Source: an uncultured Chloroflexia bacterium (lineage in GTDB: Bacteria; Chloroflexota; Anaerolineae; JAAYZQ01). Taken from it: a stretch of 64,000 bases of DNA. Under the pieces are notes generated by a model that made no database searches, was not told the origin of the DNA, and saw nothing but the letters and a program-made list of their open reading frames with translations. A program made the translations under genes and the position numbers. The DNA lies in the NCBI GenBank assembly GCA_963700285.1, contig CAVOXA010000005.1:192001-256000 (forward strand). The letters are read 5' to 3'. Every line of letters begins with the position of its first letter. Within the stretch, counting starts at the first letter, position 1. Below are positions 33,241 through 44,973 of this stretch, one piece after another.

Positions 33241-34948
33241 TCAGGAGCCGCTGCCCGAGTTTGGATAGTACTCGTCTATGTTGTCTTTGGTGATCAAGAT
33301 GTGCTCGCTGTAGACGGCTGGCGGCACCGGTTCCCCCCGCAGGATCTTCTGGGCAACGTCAATCAGTCTCTTGCCGTACCGCTCGGGCCAGTAGGCGGCG
33401 GAGCCGATGAGGCGCGACCCGGGCTGGCGGATCTCTTTGCGCACGATGCGGTCTGCCCCCTGGCCCACGATGACGACATCTGCTTCGCGTCCAGCCTCGC
33501 GTGCGGCGCTGATGGCGCCGATGGCGGCGTCGTCGTTGAAAGAGATCACCGCCAGCCGGTGTTCATTGGGCAGGCGCTGCCAGGGCTTCCCGCATGTTGG
33601 CCTGGCTGATCTCGCTGGTGTTGCCGCTGTCCAGACGGATGATCCTCTTGGCCTGGTACCTCGCCGATGATGCTCCTGCAGGCCGTCAAGCTGGCCCTGG
33701 ATGCGGGCCGCAGGCAGCGCGCCGGGTCGTGCGTTCCTCCAGGACGATCAGATGGTCGAAGGTGCCGTCCCAGTGCTCCGACAATCCAGCGCCCCAGGGC
33801 CACGCCCGGCCATGTGCCCGGCGCGGTAGTGGTCCACCCCAAAATAGGTGGCACCGACCATGGGAATGTCCACGGCGATGACGGGGATGTCCGCCTCGGT
33901 TGAACTTGTCCATGATCAGGCCGCCCACCTTCTCGTCGATCTGGTACTCGATGACCAGATCCACGCCCTCGGCGATGAGACGGTCGGCCACGCGCAGGGC
34001 GACCTCGCCGCTCAGCTGGTTGTCGGCCAGGATGAGGTCGACGTTGCTGACGTCCTGGGCCGCCTGTTCCAGGCCGCGGCGGACGTCGACGGGAAAGGGC
34101 ATGCTCTCGCCCAGGTTGGCGAAGCCGATCTTGTAGCGGGGCATTTCTTCGCTGCAGGGTGTGTAGGACGATGTCGTGTTCTCGCCGCATACGGTGAGGA
34201 TCGCGCAGGTCTGGCGCAGCTCCTCGATGTAGCGGGGCTCAAGATCGCTGTCGGTGAGGATGTGGGAAACCTGGTCCACGCTGGCAAAGGGTGTCAGGTC
34301 CACCTTGCCGAACTTGGTCGAGTCGATGAGGGCCACCACCCGCTCGGCCGACTCGATCATCCTGCTCTTGAGCTGGGCCTCCTGGATGTCGACCTGGGTC
34401 AAGCCGGTCTCGACCGAAAAGCCCGAGCAGGAGACAAAGGCGGTCTTGATGTGCAGGTTCTCGAGGATCCTCTCGCCCAGGTGCCCGACGATCAGCGCCC
34501 GTTCGGGGCGCAGGATGCCGCCGATGAGGATGATGGTGTGGCTGGGATTCTGGGACAGGGCAAAGGCGACTTCGATGCCGTTGGTGACGACGGTCAGGTT
34601 GGACCGGTCCTGCAAAAAGGAGGCAATGTGAAAGACGGTGGTACTGGAGTCGAGGAGGACCGAATCGCCGTCTTCGACCATGTCGGCCGCCCAGCGGGCG
34701 ATGCGCTGCTTGGCCTGGGCGTTTACCTGGGCACGGGCCGAAAAGGAGGGACTGATGAAGCGGTGTCCATCCCTCAGCACGGCCCCGCCCCGGACGCGGG
34801 TGAGCTGTCCCGCTTTTTCCAGCGCGCGTAGGTCGTTGCGGATCGTGCCCTCGGAGACGTCCAGGCGTTGGGCCAGTTCGGTGACCTTGATGCCCGACTG
34901 GTCCCGCAGGAGCCGCAGTATCTGTTGCCGCCGTTCAAAGGTGGTCAC
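33241..34948 (-). CDS. DeoR regulator fused to a C-terminal sugar-binding (Peripla_BP/LacI-type) domain, frameshifted
   Basis: HTH VSEGTIRNDL and DeoRC, then in-frame YKIGFANLGE...ADNQ domain ending at 33241. Confidence 0.85.
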
Positions 34949-35016
34949 AGTTTCGCTCGCCGCTGTGAGGTGGCACTGACGAACCCTACCGCTTCATTGT
35001 TGGTTCGTGTCAGAAG

Positions 35017-35045
35017 AGTATATCATGGCTAGCGAAACTTGTCAA
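35017..35045 (-). promoter_or_regulatory. Promoter TTGACA-N17-TATACT of the sugar operon
   Basis: Consensus -35 and TG-extended -10 about 70 nt upstream of the DeoR-fusion start. Confidence 0.8.
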
Positions 35046-35154
35046 GCTGGATTTGGATATTGTCGGAAGGTGCGTGATTCGCTGTTGAATTTTGTTGATT
35101 GGCGAACATCAGGCCCCCATCTCTTGGGAATGACCGCCAGGCGGTTGCCCCGGG

Positions 35155-35998
35155 TTACCCCTCGCGTTTTGAACCAAAATGCGAGGCATAGACCCTGGTC
35201 AAGACCGCGCCAAACAAAAAGATCTGGGCCAGGTAATAGATGGCGATGAGTAGCATCGCCAGTGCGCCGGCCGCCTGAAAGGCGGTCGCTACCCCGCTGT
35301 GTTTTAGATAGAAGCCTATCGCCCATCTGCCGGCCGCAAGGAGCAATGCCGTGACTGCCGCGCCTGCCCAGACGTCGCGCCAGGCGATCTCGCTCATCCG
35401 GTACGACCTTGTAGATCAGGACAAGGGCCACGGTCAGCAACCCTACAAAAGCGACCTGAGTGGCGATGGGCGCGGACCCGGCCCAATCCAACCACGAACC
35501 AAAGATAGAAACGAGGACACTGGCAAAGGTTGCGAGGATGAGTAGGAGGGCAAGACCTAGTACCATCACAAAGGCCAACAGGCGGTTCTTGATAGCAGCA
35601 ATCGTTCCGGCGTAGGTAGCGGGTGGAACGTCCCAGATCGTGTTGAGCGCATATTGCAACTGGGAAAACAAGCCCGTAGCCCCGTACAGCAGCGCCCCGG
35701 CACTGATCAAACTGGCCAATGGCGAGCCCCCCGAGGTATTCAGAGCAGCGCCGGCAACCATGTCCTGGATCAGTTGGACCATTTCTGGGCCCAGGTTATC
35801 GGCAACCTGGGCCACCAGTCTATCTACGATGGCTGCTTCATTGATAAAGGTACCCGCCACGGTGATGGCCACATAGAGCATGGGCGCGAGCGAGAACATT
35901 GCATAGTAGGCCAGAGCGGCAGCCAATCGAGCGGGCCTCTTGGCGCTCCAGATCTTGGACAAGTCCGCGACGAAGTCGCGGATTGATTCCAGCTTCAT
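35155..35998 (-). CDS. YihY/BrkB family membrane protein, frameshifted
   Basis: AAALAYYAMFSLAP, ALNTIW, YK..P, WRDVW.GA, YY.AQIFLFGA. Confidence 0.88.
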
Positions 35999-36171
35999 GT
36001 CTCCATCACATCCGCATTCTGGCTCACCTTGCCGGCGCCATAGGCAGCGCCCCCCAACCGCCAGAACGACCATGCGCCTACCATATTCCGCCTCCGTTGT
36101 GCGTCTCGTCGGTCCCGCGGCTGCATCTCCGGCGATGGCCTGGTCTCTGGGAAGTTGTGGTACTCCAATGC

Positions 36172-36954
36172 TCAGGGCGTCTGTGTTGTCATGCTTCGGA
36201 GCAGATCCTCCATCGCTGCCTGGCTGACGGTGAGGATACCCTTTTGGGGCCGGTCGAGATCGACGATGATCATCAAAACCGCGACCAGCGCCAGCCCAAA
36301 GAGCAAGATGGCAATGAAATCCCTTTTGCCGTCTCCACTATTGGAAATACCCACCAGAAGAAAGCTCAGCACCGTTGCTGCATACAGCACCATTCCCAGC
36401 AGCCTTGGCAGGCGAAGGTTGGCGGCAAACAGGCGTTCCGAATGAACATCGATCACTTCATTGATCGAGTCAGCGTACAGAGCCATGATGGCCGAGTCCT
36501 GCCCCTGGCTGACATGCTCCTCCACGATGGACCACAGTTGGCCGTGGATCTCTTCGGAGCGAATCAAGCCGGACTCCAACTGCGCCTCGTCGGCTGCAGC
36601 TGCAAGTCGGACTTGCACATACTCTTGCAAGAGATTGCGCGACGTGGTCCCATCGGGCTCGCCGAGAAAGTCGGCCCGCAGATAGGCTGTTCCGACCGCG
36701 TTGGCCTCGGTGACGACCATGGTCTTGCGCCCGTTGTGCTGATTGATGACAATGCCGATGGAAAAGGCAAGGAGGAACGCCATCAGACCGAGCAAACCAC
36801 CGACCACCGTACCCGTCACCGGGCTGCCTTTCGAGTCGGGATCCCGGCGCTGAAGCCACATGCCGATGCGAAAGCCTATTTCGGCGGCCACAAGAACGAT
36901 GCCCACTGTAATCAAGTAGACTGCCCAAAGTGGGAGTTTATCAAGGATAACCAT
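36172..36954 (-). CDS. DUF4239/bestrophin-like membrane protein
   Basis: LGLMAFLLAFS, EANAVGTAYLR, DLDRP; AGGAG RBS. Confidence 0.8.
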   Translation of the reverse strand: MVILDKLPLWAVYLITVGIVLVAAEIGFRIGMWLQRRDPDSKGSPVTGTVVGGLLGLMAFLLAFSIGIVINQHNGRKTMVVTEANAVGTAYLRADFLGEPDGTTSRNLLQEYVQVRLAAAADEAQLESGLIRSEEIHGQLWSIVEEHVSQGQDSAIMALYADSINEVIDVHSERLFAANLRLPRLLGMVLYAATVLSFLLVGISNSGDGKRDFIAILLFGLALVAVLMIIVDLDRPQKGILTVSQAAMEDLLRSMTTQTP

Positions 36955-37449
36955 GTTCTTACTCCTCCTGACTGATCCAGTTCTTTGTGAGGCCTCGTCC
37001 CTCCTATCCAGCGTGCTGGCTGGATGGAAGGCAGTCCAGCAGTTGCCAACAGGGATCTGCCTGTGCACGTAGTGGCGGCATACCTGCCAGGCCCAACGGG
37101 AGCCTCTCCCCACCAGAGTTACCCATTTGCTCGCAACGGCAGTTGCAAGCCTTTCTCAACTCACCGGGAAGCATTATACCATGGGCTGGGTTTAGGTGCC
37201 AGCGGAACATGTTTAACGTCTCCAACGCGAGGTTTTTTTCGGCGTGAGTGACCGGATCTCACAATAGCGATGCCGCCGGCGACGTGCGGGGGTTCCAGAC
37301 GATAGCCCAGGGTGACCCGGTATGTCGCGCGGCTCGAAGGATTCGACATAATCCGGATCGCTGGCAGCCTGGCGGCTGCTGGGTGCTGGGCCCGCCGGCC
37401 CCGGTCCGGAGTTCGGTCGGCAGCCAAGTGTTCGCTTCCTGCCCGCAGT

Positions 37450-38457
37450 TCAGATAAGCGGCTTCCCGGTACCCTTTGACGGTATCCCCAGATGCTGCAA
37501 CGCGCGCTGGCTGAGCAGAGCCACCTCTTGCTCAGCATCTCTGCCGGCTAGGGGGATCTGTCCGCCGGCCATTGTACCATGCCCACCAGCGCTGCCCTCT
37601 CCCGCCACGATGGCCTGCACCAGTTTCTCGGCTGTATGCTCCTGGCCTCTGGTGCGCACCGACAGGATCAGAGCCCCTTGGTACACGCCAGCACAGATTA
37701 CCCACTGGGCATTCTCCAGCCGCAATAGGACGTCGGCGAGTTCCGCGGCCAGATCAGGATAGCGCAGAATGGCGACGTAGGCAATGATGAGGCCGTCGTA
37801 CATGCGTGCTGCTCGCAGGGTAGCATCAAAGCTCCTGAAGTAGCCAACCGGAACCTGGGCGTGTTCGATACTGGCCAGGGCTGTGACGTCAATTCGGGGC
37901 TGAAGGTAGGCATAGGCTGCCGCGTCGGCCGGACTGGTATTGCGGCTCAGTCCCATTGTGATACTCTTGATGCCGTAAAACAGGGCTGTGGCCAGTGACG
38001 TGGGCGGTTCCACACCTGTCGCTTGCAGGTACTGGGTGAGGATGCTCGAAGTCGCACCCAGGGCGGGGCGGACGTCGGCAAAGCGGGCTTGCGCTGTCTC
38101 TTTGTGCCTGGCATGGTGGTCGATAACGATGACAATCCTGGTCCGGGGAGGTAAGGTGAGGTTGCCGGCTCCTGGCTGGGCGTCGACCAGGGCCAGGCTG
38201 GGTGATCCTTGCAGGTCCGCCTCAACGAGAGGCTCAAGTGGATGGTCCAGGTAACGAACTAGTGCCTTGTTCTCGGCCCGGCCGACCATGCCCTGGTAGG
38301 CGATGGTACTATCCATCCCCAACTGCTCGGTCAACAGATGGCGCAGGGCAAAGGCGCTGGCGATAGCATCGGGGTCGGGGTCGTTGTGTGGCAGGATCAC
38401 GAGCCTGCCTGCTCCCCTGGCGGTCTCGTACAGTCTCTCCAATACTCCCTGTGTCAT
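37450..38457 (-). CDS. DHH/DHHA1 family phosphoesterase
   Basis: HNDPDPDA, LVD, IDHH, GATSSI, SVR, AGGHG. Confidence 0.92.
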   Translation of the reverse strand: MTQGVLERLYETARGAGRLVILPHNDPDPDAIASAFALRHLLTEQLGMDSTIAYQGMVGRAENKALVRYLDHPLEPLVEADLQGSPSLALVDAQPGAGNLTLPPRTRIVIVIDHHARHKETAQARFADVRPALGATSSILTQYLQATGVEPPTSLATALFYGIKSITMGLSRNTSPADAAAYAYLQPRIDVTALASIEHAQVPVGYFRSFDATLRAARMYDGLIIAYVAILRYPDLAAELADVLLRLENAQWVICAGVYQGALILSVRTRGQEHTAEKLVQAIVAGEGSAGGHGTMAGGQIPLAGRDAEQEVALLSQRALQHLGIPSKGTGKPLI

Positions 38458-38563
38458 GGGCCCGCGCTCCTGGCATCTCGATTGCTGTCCAGATGTCCCT
38501 CTCTGGCTTCAGGGAGCCTTCGACCCGATGGCAGGCGCCTCTCCCGAAACCGCGTGGGAAGCG

Positions 38564-39565
38564 TCAGATGAGTTGTTCACCCGTCACCTCTGGTGGAACT
38601 TGCAGAACGTAGAGCGCTCGCTGCCGGAGCAGGTGGGCAACCTGCTCCGGATCCCTACCTTTCAGAGGCACCTGTCCGCCAGCGCTCGGTCCATGCCCGC
38701 CAGCCGTGCCGTCATTGCCTACGATGGCCTGCACAAGTTCCTCGGCCCTGTCGGCAGGGCTTTGCGTTCGCACCGACAGGATCAGGATACCCTGGTATAC
38801 GCCCATGCAAACTATCCATTGGGACCGCTCCAAGCGCATCAGAAGGCGAGCCATCTCGGCAGTCAGGTCTGGATAGTCCATTGAACCGATGTAGGCGATT
38901 ACGACGCCGTCGTAAAGGCGCGCTGCCTGCAGGGTGGCATCAAAGCTCTTGAAGTAGCCGGCCGGGACCTGCGCGTACTCGATCTCGACCAATGCCTGGG
39001 CGTCAGTGCGTGGCTGGAGATAGAAGTAGGCCGCCGCATCGGCCGGACCTGCGCCACGACTCAGCCCCAGGGTATCGGTCTTGATGCCATAGAAGAGAGC
39101 TGTGGCCAGTGCCGGTTCAGGTTCGAGACCGGCCTCCTGGAGGTATTCGGTGAGGATGGTCGAAGTGGCACCTGCCTCGAGCCGGACATCAACGTAGGCT
39201 GCCGAGGCCGTGGGCTCTCGCCAGGTGTGGTGGTCGATGACGATGGTCACCTCAGATCCGTCCGGCAAGGCATTGTTTCCGGCGCCGGGTTGGGTGTCCA
39301 CCAGAGCGATGGACACATTGCCGGCCAGGTCGGCCTCCGTCAGGGGCCGCAGTGGTTGGCCGAGATAGCGCAGCAGTGCCCGGTTCTCTGCCCGGCCGAC
39401 GATGCCCAGGTAGGCAAGGGTACTCTCAACGTCCAGAGCCTCCATCAGCAAGTGCCCGAGGGCGACGGCGCTGGCGACGGCATCGGGATCGGGGTTGTTG
39501 TGAGGCAGGATCAGCACATGCCGAGCTTTGCCCACTGCTTTGAAGAGTCGCTCCAGTACTGCCAA
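38564..39565 (-). CDS. DHH/DHHA1 family phosphoesterase (tandem paralog)
   Basis: GAGGAGG RBS and TTG start; HNNPDPDA, IDHH, GIKTDT, AGGHG. Confidence 0.92.
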   Translation of the reverse strand: MAVLERLFKAVGKARHVLILPHNNPDPDAVASAVALGHLLMEALDVESTLAYLGIVGRAENRALLRYLGQPLRPLTEADLAGNVSIALVDTQPGAGNNALPDGSEVTIVIDHHTWREPTASAAYVDVRLEAGATSTILTEYLQEAGLEPEPALATALFYGIKTDTLGLSRGAGPADAAAYFYLQPRTDAQALVEIEYAQVPAGYFKSFDATLQAARLYDGVVIAYIGSMDYPDLTAEMARLLMRLERSQWIVCMGVYQGILILSVRTQSPADRAEELVQAIVGNDGTAGGHGPSAGGQVPLKGRDPEQVAHLLRQRALYVLQVPPEVTGEQLI

Positions 39566-39591
39566 TCTTACCTCCTCACGGCTTCCCATTG

Positions 39592-40128
39592 TCAGCCAAG
39601 ATCTGTGCCAGAAGGAGAACGGGTCTGGTTGATCAGGACCCTGATCTCGCCATTGGGCACGATACACAGATCGCCGTTGGCGGCCCGCACGTAGGTCGTG
39701 CGCAGGGTGATTTGCTCCACCGTGCCCGACACATTTCCCACCTGGATGGTTTCGCCGAGGGTATACTGGTTTTCGATGATCAGCAACAGGCCGCCGATCA
39801 GGTCTTTGATCAGAGTTTGGGCCGCAAGGGAAACAGCCAGACCGGCCACGCCGAGGCCGGCCAGAAAGGGTGTAATGTCTATGCCAATGGTGCTCAAGAG
39901 CATCAGGATTGCTGCAGTAACCAACGCGATATCCAGCACCCAGCGGACGACGAGGACCAGGGTGACCAGTTGCTGTCGTCGAGCCTCTCGGATGTTCTGC
40001 ACGGACCTTACCCATACTCAGGATGCGTTTCGCGGCCAGGTGTACGACAACCACGCACAACAGCGTCAATCCCACGATCAGCAAGTCGCTGGATCAGGTC
40101 CCTGGTCACTCCTTCGAATGCCATATCA
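39592..40128 (-). CDS. Short MscS-family mechanosensitive channel protein, frameshifted near the N-terminus; lacks C-terminal domain
   Basis: LAGLGVAGLAVSLAAQTLIKD, ENQY..G, GTVEQITLRTT, VPNG; start approximate. Confidence 0.75.
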
Positions 40129-40228
40129 TGCCTCCCAACAGACTGAACTCGGCGCCACCTGCTTGGCTCTGAGGTGCAATCGCACTTGGCCTGGACAGGA
40201 CCAGGATGCGTTGCATCCGGTCAATTCC

Positions 40229-42569
40229 TCAGAATGGCCAGAAGAAGGGCACGACCAGCACGACAATCAGCAGCACCACGAGGGTCAGCGGTATGCCCAC
40301 TTTGGTATAGTCGGAGAACCGATAGCCACCGGGGCCCATGACCAATACATTGGCCGAGTGGCCGACGGGGCTGAGGAAGGCCGCAGAGGCCGAAACTGCT
40401 ACGGCCATCATCAACGGGTAGGGCGATATCCCCAGATCGTTGGCGGTGTTGAGCGCAATCGGGGCCAGCAGAACGGCCACGGCCGGGTTGGGCATCACCT
40501 GGGAGGCCAGGGCAGCCAGGATGAACAGCCCGGCCAGCACCGCCAGCGGACCCGATGGGCCCACCAGTCCGACCATACCCTCGGCCAGAAAGTTTGCCGC
40601 GCCGGTTTGCTCCATGGCGATGCCCAGAGGCAGCATCCCGGCGATCAAAAAGACGGCCTTCCACTCGATAGACCGGTAGGCTTCCTCCATCGTGAGGCAG
40701 CGGGTGAGTACCATGAGCACTACGCCGGCCACAGCGGAGATGGCGATGGGCACCCAATCAAAGATGACCGGAATCAGCACAACGGCCATGATCAGGATGC
40801 CGATAGGCGCCTTGTTCAAGCGCGGCGCTTCCTGGGCCGCTTCGGTTAGTACCAAAAAGTCAGGCTCGAGGCCCAGCACTCGCAGTCGCTCGCGGGGGCC
40901 GTAGAGGAGCAGCGCATCGCCAAAGCGCAAAGCCATGTCGCGCAGTTCCGAGCGGTAGGCCCGGCCCTCGCGCCAGATGGCTAGCACGCTCAGACCGTAC
41001 TTGTCGCGGAAGTGGATCTGGCGCAGCGTCCTGCCGGCCAACGTGGTCCGGGGCGAGAGCACCACCTCCACCAGGCCGACGTGTTCCGACTGCATCTCGT
41101 CCAGATCCGGCGGCGGTTCCTCATCGATCTCCAGGCCTTGCAAGCCTTCCAGGGTCAACAGGTCATCGGGCCGGCCCTTGACCAGCAACAGGTCGCCGGC
41201 GACCAGTATCTCTTCCGCGTCAGGCATGAGGTGGGTGGTGCCCTGGCGGACGATACCCATTACCCCCAGCCCAAAGGCGTCGCCCAGGCGGCTTTCGACC
41301 AGCGTCTTGTCCGCCAGGATCGAACCCTCGGGCACCCGCATGGCGACCAGCCGCTCTTCGAGGCGGTATTGCTGCGCCGTCTCGGCACCTGAGACAAGGA
41401 ATTCCGACTCGACCTGTAGTGCGTCGAGTTGCTCTCGGGTCCCCTGGACCAGTAAAACGTCGTCGCGTTGTAGCGGCAGCTTTTCCAGATTGGTCCGCAC
41501 CACACCGCCCCCCCGCCGGATGGCCAGCACGGCCACGCCAAAGCGGCGGCGAAACTCGATCTGCTCCAGCGTCAGGCCCGGCAGCGATGCCTGGGGAGAG
41601 AGCGCGACCTCGGCCAGGTCGATCTCGGCCGAACGCAGCCGCTCGACGGCCACGTGGTCCTCTTCCACAACCAGGGCGCGCTGCCCGCGCAGCTCGGTGA
41701 GGCGGTCGAGCCGGCCTTCGACCAGCAGACGGTCGCCGGGGAGCAGGATGGTGGCCGCGTCGGGGGCCAAGCGGTTCTGGTCGGGACGCAGGATGGCCAA
41801 AACGTTCAAGCCCAGGGCCGCGCCCAGGCGGCTTTGAGCCAGTGGTCTTCCGGCCAGGGCCGAATCGGCAGGCAGGCGGACGACGAACAACCGCTCGTGG
41901 AGGCCAAAGAACTCACCGGGAGCTGCCCGATCGTTCTCCGACAGATCCTTGATGTCCCGGGACGGCAGCAGGTGCCGTCCTACCAGGACCATGAAGGCGA
42001 TACCAGCCAGCATAACGACGATACCGGTCGGCGTGTAGTCGAACATGTGGAAAGGCTCCAACCCATACTAGGCGCAGGGCCTCGCTGACCAGGATATTGG
42101 GCGGCGTGCCAATGAGGGTATTCAAGCCGCCCAGGAGCGCGGCAAAGGCCAGGGGCATCAGCAAGCGAGAAGGTGGACGGCCCGTACGTCGGGCGATGTC
42201 GACGACCACCGGCAGCATCAGCGCCGCCACGCCAATGTCGTTCATAAAGCCCGACAGCACGCCCACCGTGAGCATGATCGTGGCGATAAGCCGCGCCTCG
42301 CTCCCGCCGGCCAGGCGCAACACCGGGCGCCCGATCAGACCAGCCACACCAGTACGAGCCAGCCCGGCGCTGAGGATGAGCACCGCCCAGACCGTAACCA
42401 CGGCCATGTTGGCAAAGCCGGACAGGGCCTCCGCAGGGGTGACCAGGCCGGTCAGAGTCAGGCTGACCAGCACCATGAGGGCTACCACGTCGACCCGGAT
42501 CCGCTCCGTGACAAACATGACGATGGCCGCGGCCAGAATGGCCAGGACGGTGGCAATCTCGATTGACAT
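40229..42569 (-). CDS. SLC13/DASS permease with four RCK_C (TrkA-C) domains, one frameshift near 42060
   Basis: TLIGTPPN, repeated S.L.G.TL....F..G..VLAI.R domains, SP..H.AN..VMGPGGYRFSDY. Confidence 0.9.
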
Positions 42570-42758
42570 GATGCTTGTTACTCTTCAACTCCGCTGGCAT
42601 TCGATCCGATTGTACGTCAATCACACAAACGCCCGGGGATCCGGCAGCGCGATCTCGATGGCGAACCTGCGCCGGGCTCGGCGGCGCTGCCCTTCTCCAT
42701 GAGGGCGGTCTGTGGTTCAGAGTCACACCCCGGGAGCGGGCGGGGCCGCCCAGTCTGG

Positions 42759-43220
42759 CTACTGCTCGGGCGGCGGAACCCGCACCAGGCGAGGATGGGC
42801 CACCTCCTCCAGTTCGGCCGCAAAGGACTCGAACTCATCGGGTGTGAACAAGGGCCGGCCGGGGCCGCGCATCGGCCAACCCATGATGAACGCGTCGGCC
42901 CGCGTCTCGGCGACAAACTCAAGGAGCTGCTTACGGACGTTCCCTTCACGGATCAGAAAGCCCACCTGCTTCACACCGCGCCGCTCTGCACGGTCGCACA
43001 GGATGAGCATGCTGAACTCGGCCATCTGGGTCAGTTCCTGATAGATCACACTGAGCGGGCTGCCTATGGCCGCCTGGGCCTGGAACTCGGCGTCTGCCAC
43101 GTAGAGAAATGTCAGCCGCGCATCGTTCTCCAGCGCCAGTTCGATGGCGCGAGTAACTGTCGCCCGGCTCTGGGGGCTGCCTCGGACGGCACAGACGATG
43201 TGTTCCACCTTCTCTGACAT
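42759..43220 (-). CDS. Universal stress protein
   Basis: IVCAVRGS, LTFLYV, REGNV, IMG. Confidence 0.88.
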   Translation of the reverse strand: MSEKVEHIVCAVRGSPQSRATVTRAIELALENDARLTFLYVADAEFQAQAAIGSPLSVIYQELTQMAEFSMLILCDRAERRGVKQVGFLIREGNVRKQLLEFVAETRADAFIMGWPMRGPGRPLFTPDEFESFAAELEEVAHPRLVRVPPPEQ

Positions 43221-43239
43221 AGGTTTCTCCCTCCTGCTG

Positions 43240-44973
43240 CTAGAGCACCAGAAAGTGCAGCAGCAGCCATATCGTGGCTAGGCTCACTGTAATAAGGAGT
43301 GCTGGGAAGCCTTTTTTGAAAAAGTAGGCGTAGGTAATGGGATTTCCCGACCGTTCGGCAATGCCGGCAGTGACCATGTTGGCCGAGGCGCCGATGAGCG
43401 AGCCGTTGCCCCCCATGGCCGAGCCGACAGACAGACAGTAGAATAGAACCTTGCTCCCTGCCCCAGGGATGGTGGCCGTCAGGTAGCCGATGACAGGTAG
43501 CATGGCGGCGGTGAAGGGGATGTTGGCGATGACCATCGACAGTATGGCGCTGAACCAGGTGACGACCAATATGGCCAGGAGCAGGTTGTCGCCCACCAGC
43601 CGCGCGAGAAGGTCGGCGATGAAGCTGATGAGGCCCACCTCCTGGATGGCGCCGACGCAGATAAACAGGGTGATAAAGAACACCAACGTCGTCCAGTCTA
43701 CGGCTTCGATCATCTCCTCGATGTCAGGCCGGATCCAGACCAGGAGCGCGGTGGCGCCAATGAGCGCCGTCACCGCCGGCAGAAGGTGGATATGCTCACC
43801 CGTGACAAAGAGGACGATCATGCCCGCCCCCACCACTCCAGCCTTTTTCAGGTGATCCGGCTCGGTGATGCGCCCCCGCTCGGCCAGGGCCTTGAGCAGT
43901 ACAGGTGAGAGGCCGTGCCCGCCACTGGCCTTGAACTCTTTGCGGTACACCAGTTCGCTGTAGATAACCAGCCCCAGCAGCGCCAGCAAAACGCCCGGCG
44001 TCAGGTTGACCAAAAAGTCGTTGAACGAGATCTTGGCGTAGGAGCCGATCAGAATGTTGGTCGGCGTGCCTACCAGGGTACTGATGCCCACCACATTGGA
44101 AGCCATCACCTCGGGGATCAGCAGGGCCAGAGGGGTGATGCCCACCGCCAGGGCGATCTGGACGGTGATGGGTGTCATCAACAGCATGGTTGTCACATTG
44201 TCCAGGAAGGCCGAGGCTACGCCGGTGACGACCATCAGGATGGGCAGCAGCAGCCACAGCTTTCCCCGCGAGAGCCGGTAGGCCTGGTAAGCCAGCCACT
44301 GGAAGATGCCGGTCCGTTCTACAACGGCGATGACGATCATCATGCCCATGATGAGAAAGACCACGTTCCAGTCGACGTAGCGCAGCGCCCCCTGGAACCC
44401 AAAGATAAAGAGGTCATCCATGAGGAGGGGACCTAGATAACTCACGGCAAAGATCACACTGGCGCCGAGCAAGGCTGACAGTGTGTTGTGCAGTTTGCCG
44501 GTGGCAATGAGCGCAAGAACGCCCACAAATACTGCGGTGGCAATCCAAAAAGCCGGAGTGATGCGCCGCAGCAGCGTCGTGTCGGGTAGCACCACTGACG
44601 TCCCGGCTCGTAGCGCCTCGACCGCTCCGGCGCTCAGGTCGATGCTAGCTTCGGAAAAGTGGGGGCGTACGATACGCACCGCCAGGTCATCAGGAAAGGT
44701 CTCGGGTAGGATCAGGGCGTAGCGGCCGTCGGGCTGAGTGATGGCCTCCGCAAGCAGTTGGCTCTCGACCTGCCCCTCCCCGGCGCCGGCGTGCCCGGTC
44801 TGGAGCGTAACCCCAGCCTCCCGCACCGGCTGGCCTTGGCGGTCGAGGATTACCCCAGTGAGCAGCGCCGGCAGTGGTTCTTCAGCCTGGCTGCCCCGTC
44901 CAAACACCGACAACAGCAGACTGCTGCCCAGCAAGAAGGCGACCAGCCACCAAGATCGGGATTGGCCCTTCAC
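43240..44973 (-). CDS. ArsB/NhaD (P-protein-like) permease with N-terminal carboxypeptidase-regulatory-like extracellular domain
   Basis: Signal peptide, G.ILD..GQPV..A.V / T..DG.Y domain, SAFLDNVTT, TLVGTPTN, GGNGSLIGASAN. Confidence 0.88.
   Translation of the reverse strand: MKGQSRSWWLVAFLLGSSLLLSVFGRGSQAEEPLPALLTGVILDRQGQPVREAGVTLQTGHAGAGEGQVESQLLAEAITQPDGRYALILPETFPDDLAVRIVRPHFSEASIDLSAGAVEALRAGTSVVLPDTTLLRRITPAFWIATAVFVGVLALIATGKLHNTLSALLGASVIFAVSYLGPLLMDDLFIFGFQGALRYVDWNVVFLIMGMMIVIAVVERTGIFQWLAYQAYRLSRGKLWLLLPILMVVTGVASAFLDNVTTMLLMTPITVQIALAVGITPLALLIPEVMASNVVGISTLVGTPTNILIGSYAKISFNDFLVNLTPGVLLALLGLVIYSELVYRKEFKASGGHGLSPVLLKALAERGRITEPDHLKKAGVVGAGMIVLFVTGEHIHLLPAVTALIGATALLVWIRPDIEEMIEAVDWTTLVFFITLFICVGAIQEVGLISFIADLLARLVGDNLLLAILVVTWFSAILSMVIANIPFTAAMLPVIGYLTATIPGAGSKVLFYCLSVGSAMGGNGSLIGASANMVTAGIAERSGNPITYAYFFKKGFPALLITVSLATIWLLLHFLVL

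Noticed and set aside
33848-34831. Long antisense ORFs (also 5595-6551, 28355-29245, 39698-40849 and others)
   Set aside because: Shadow ORFs expected from high GC3 on the opposite strand; no motifs or RBS.
38564-40084. 506-aa apparent MscS-DHH fusion
   Set aside because: The middle part is an out-of-frame read of mscS; the DHH gene has its own GAGGAGG RBS and TTG start at 39565.
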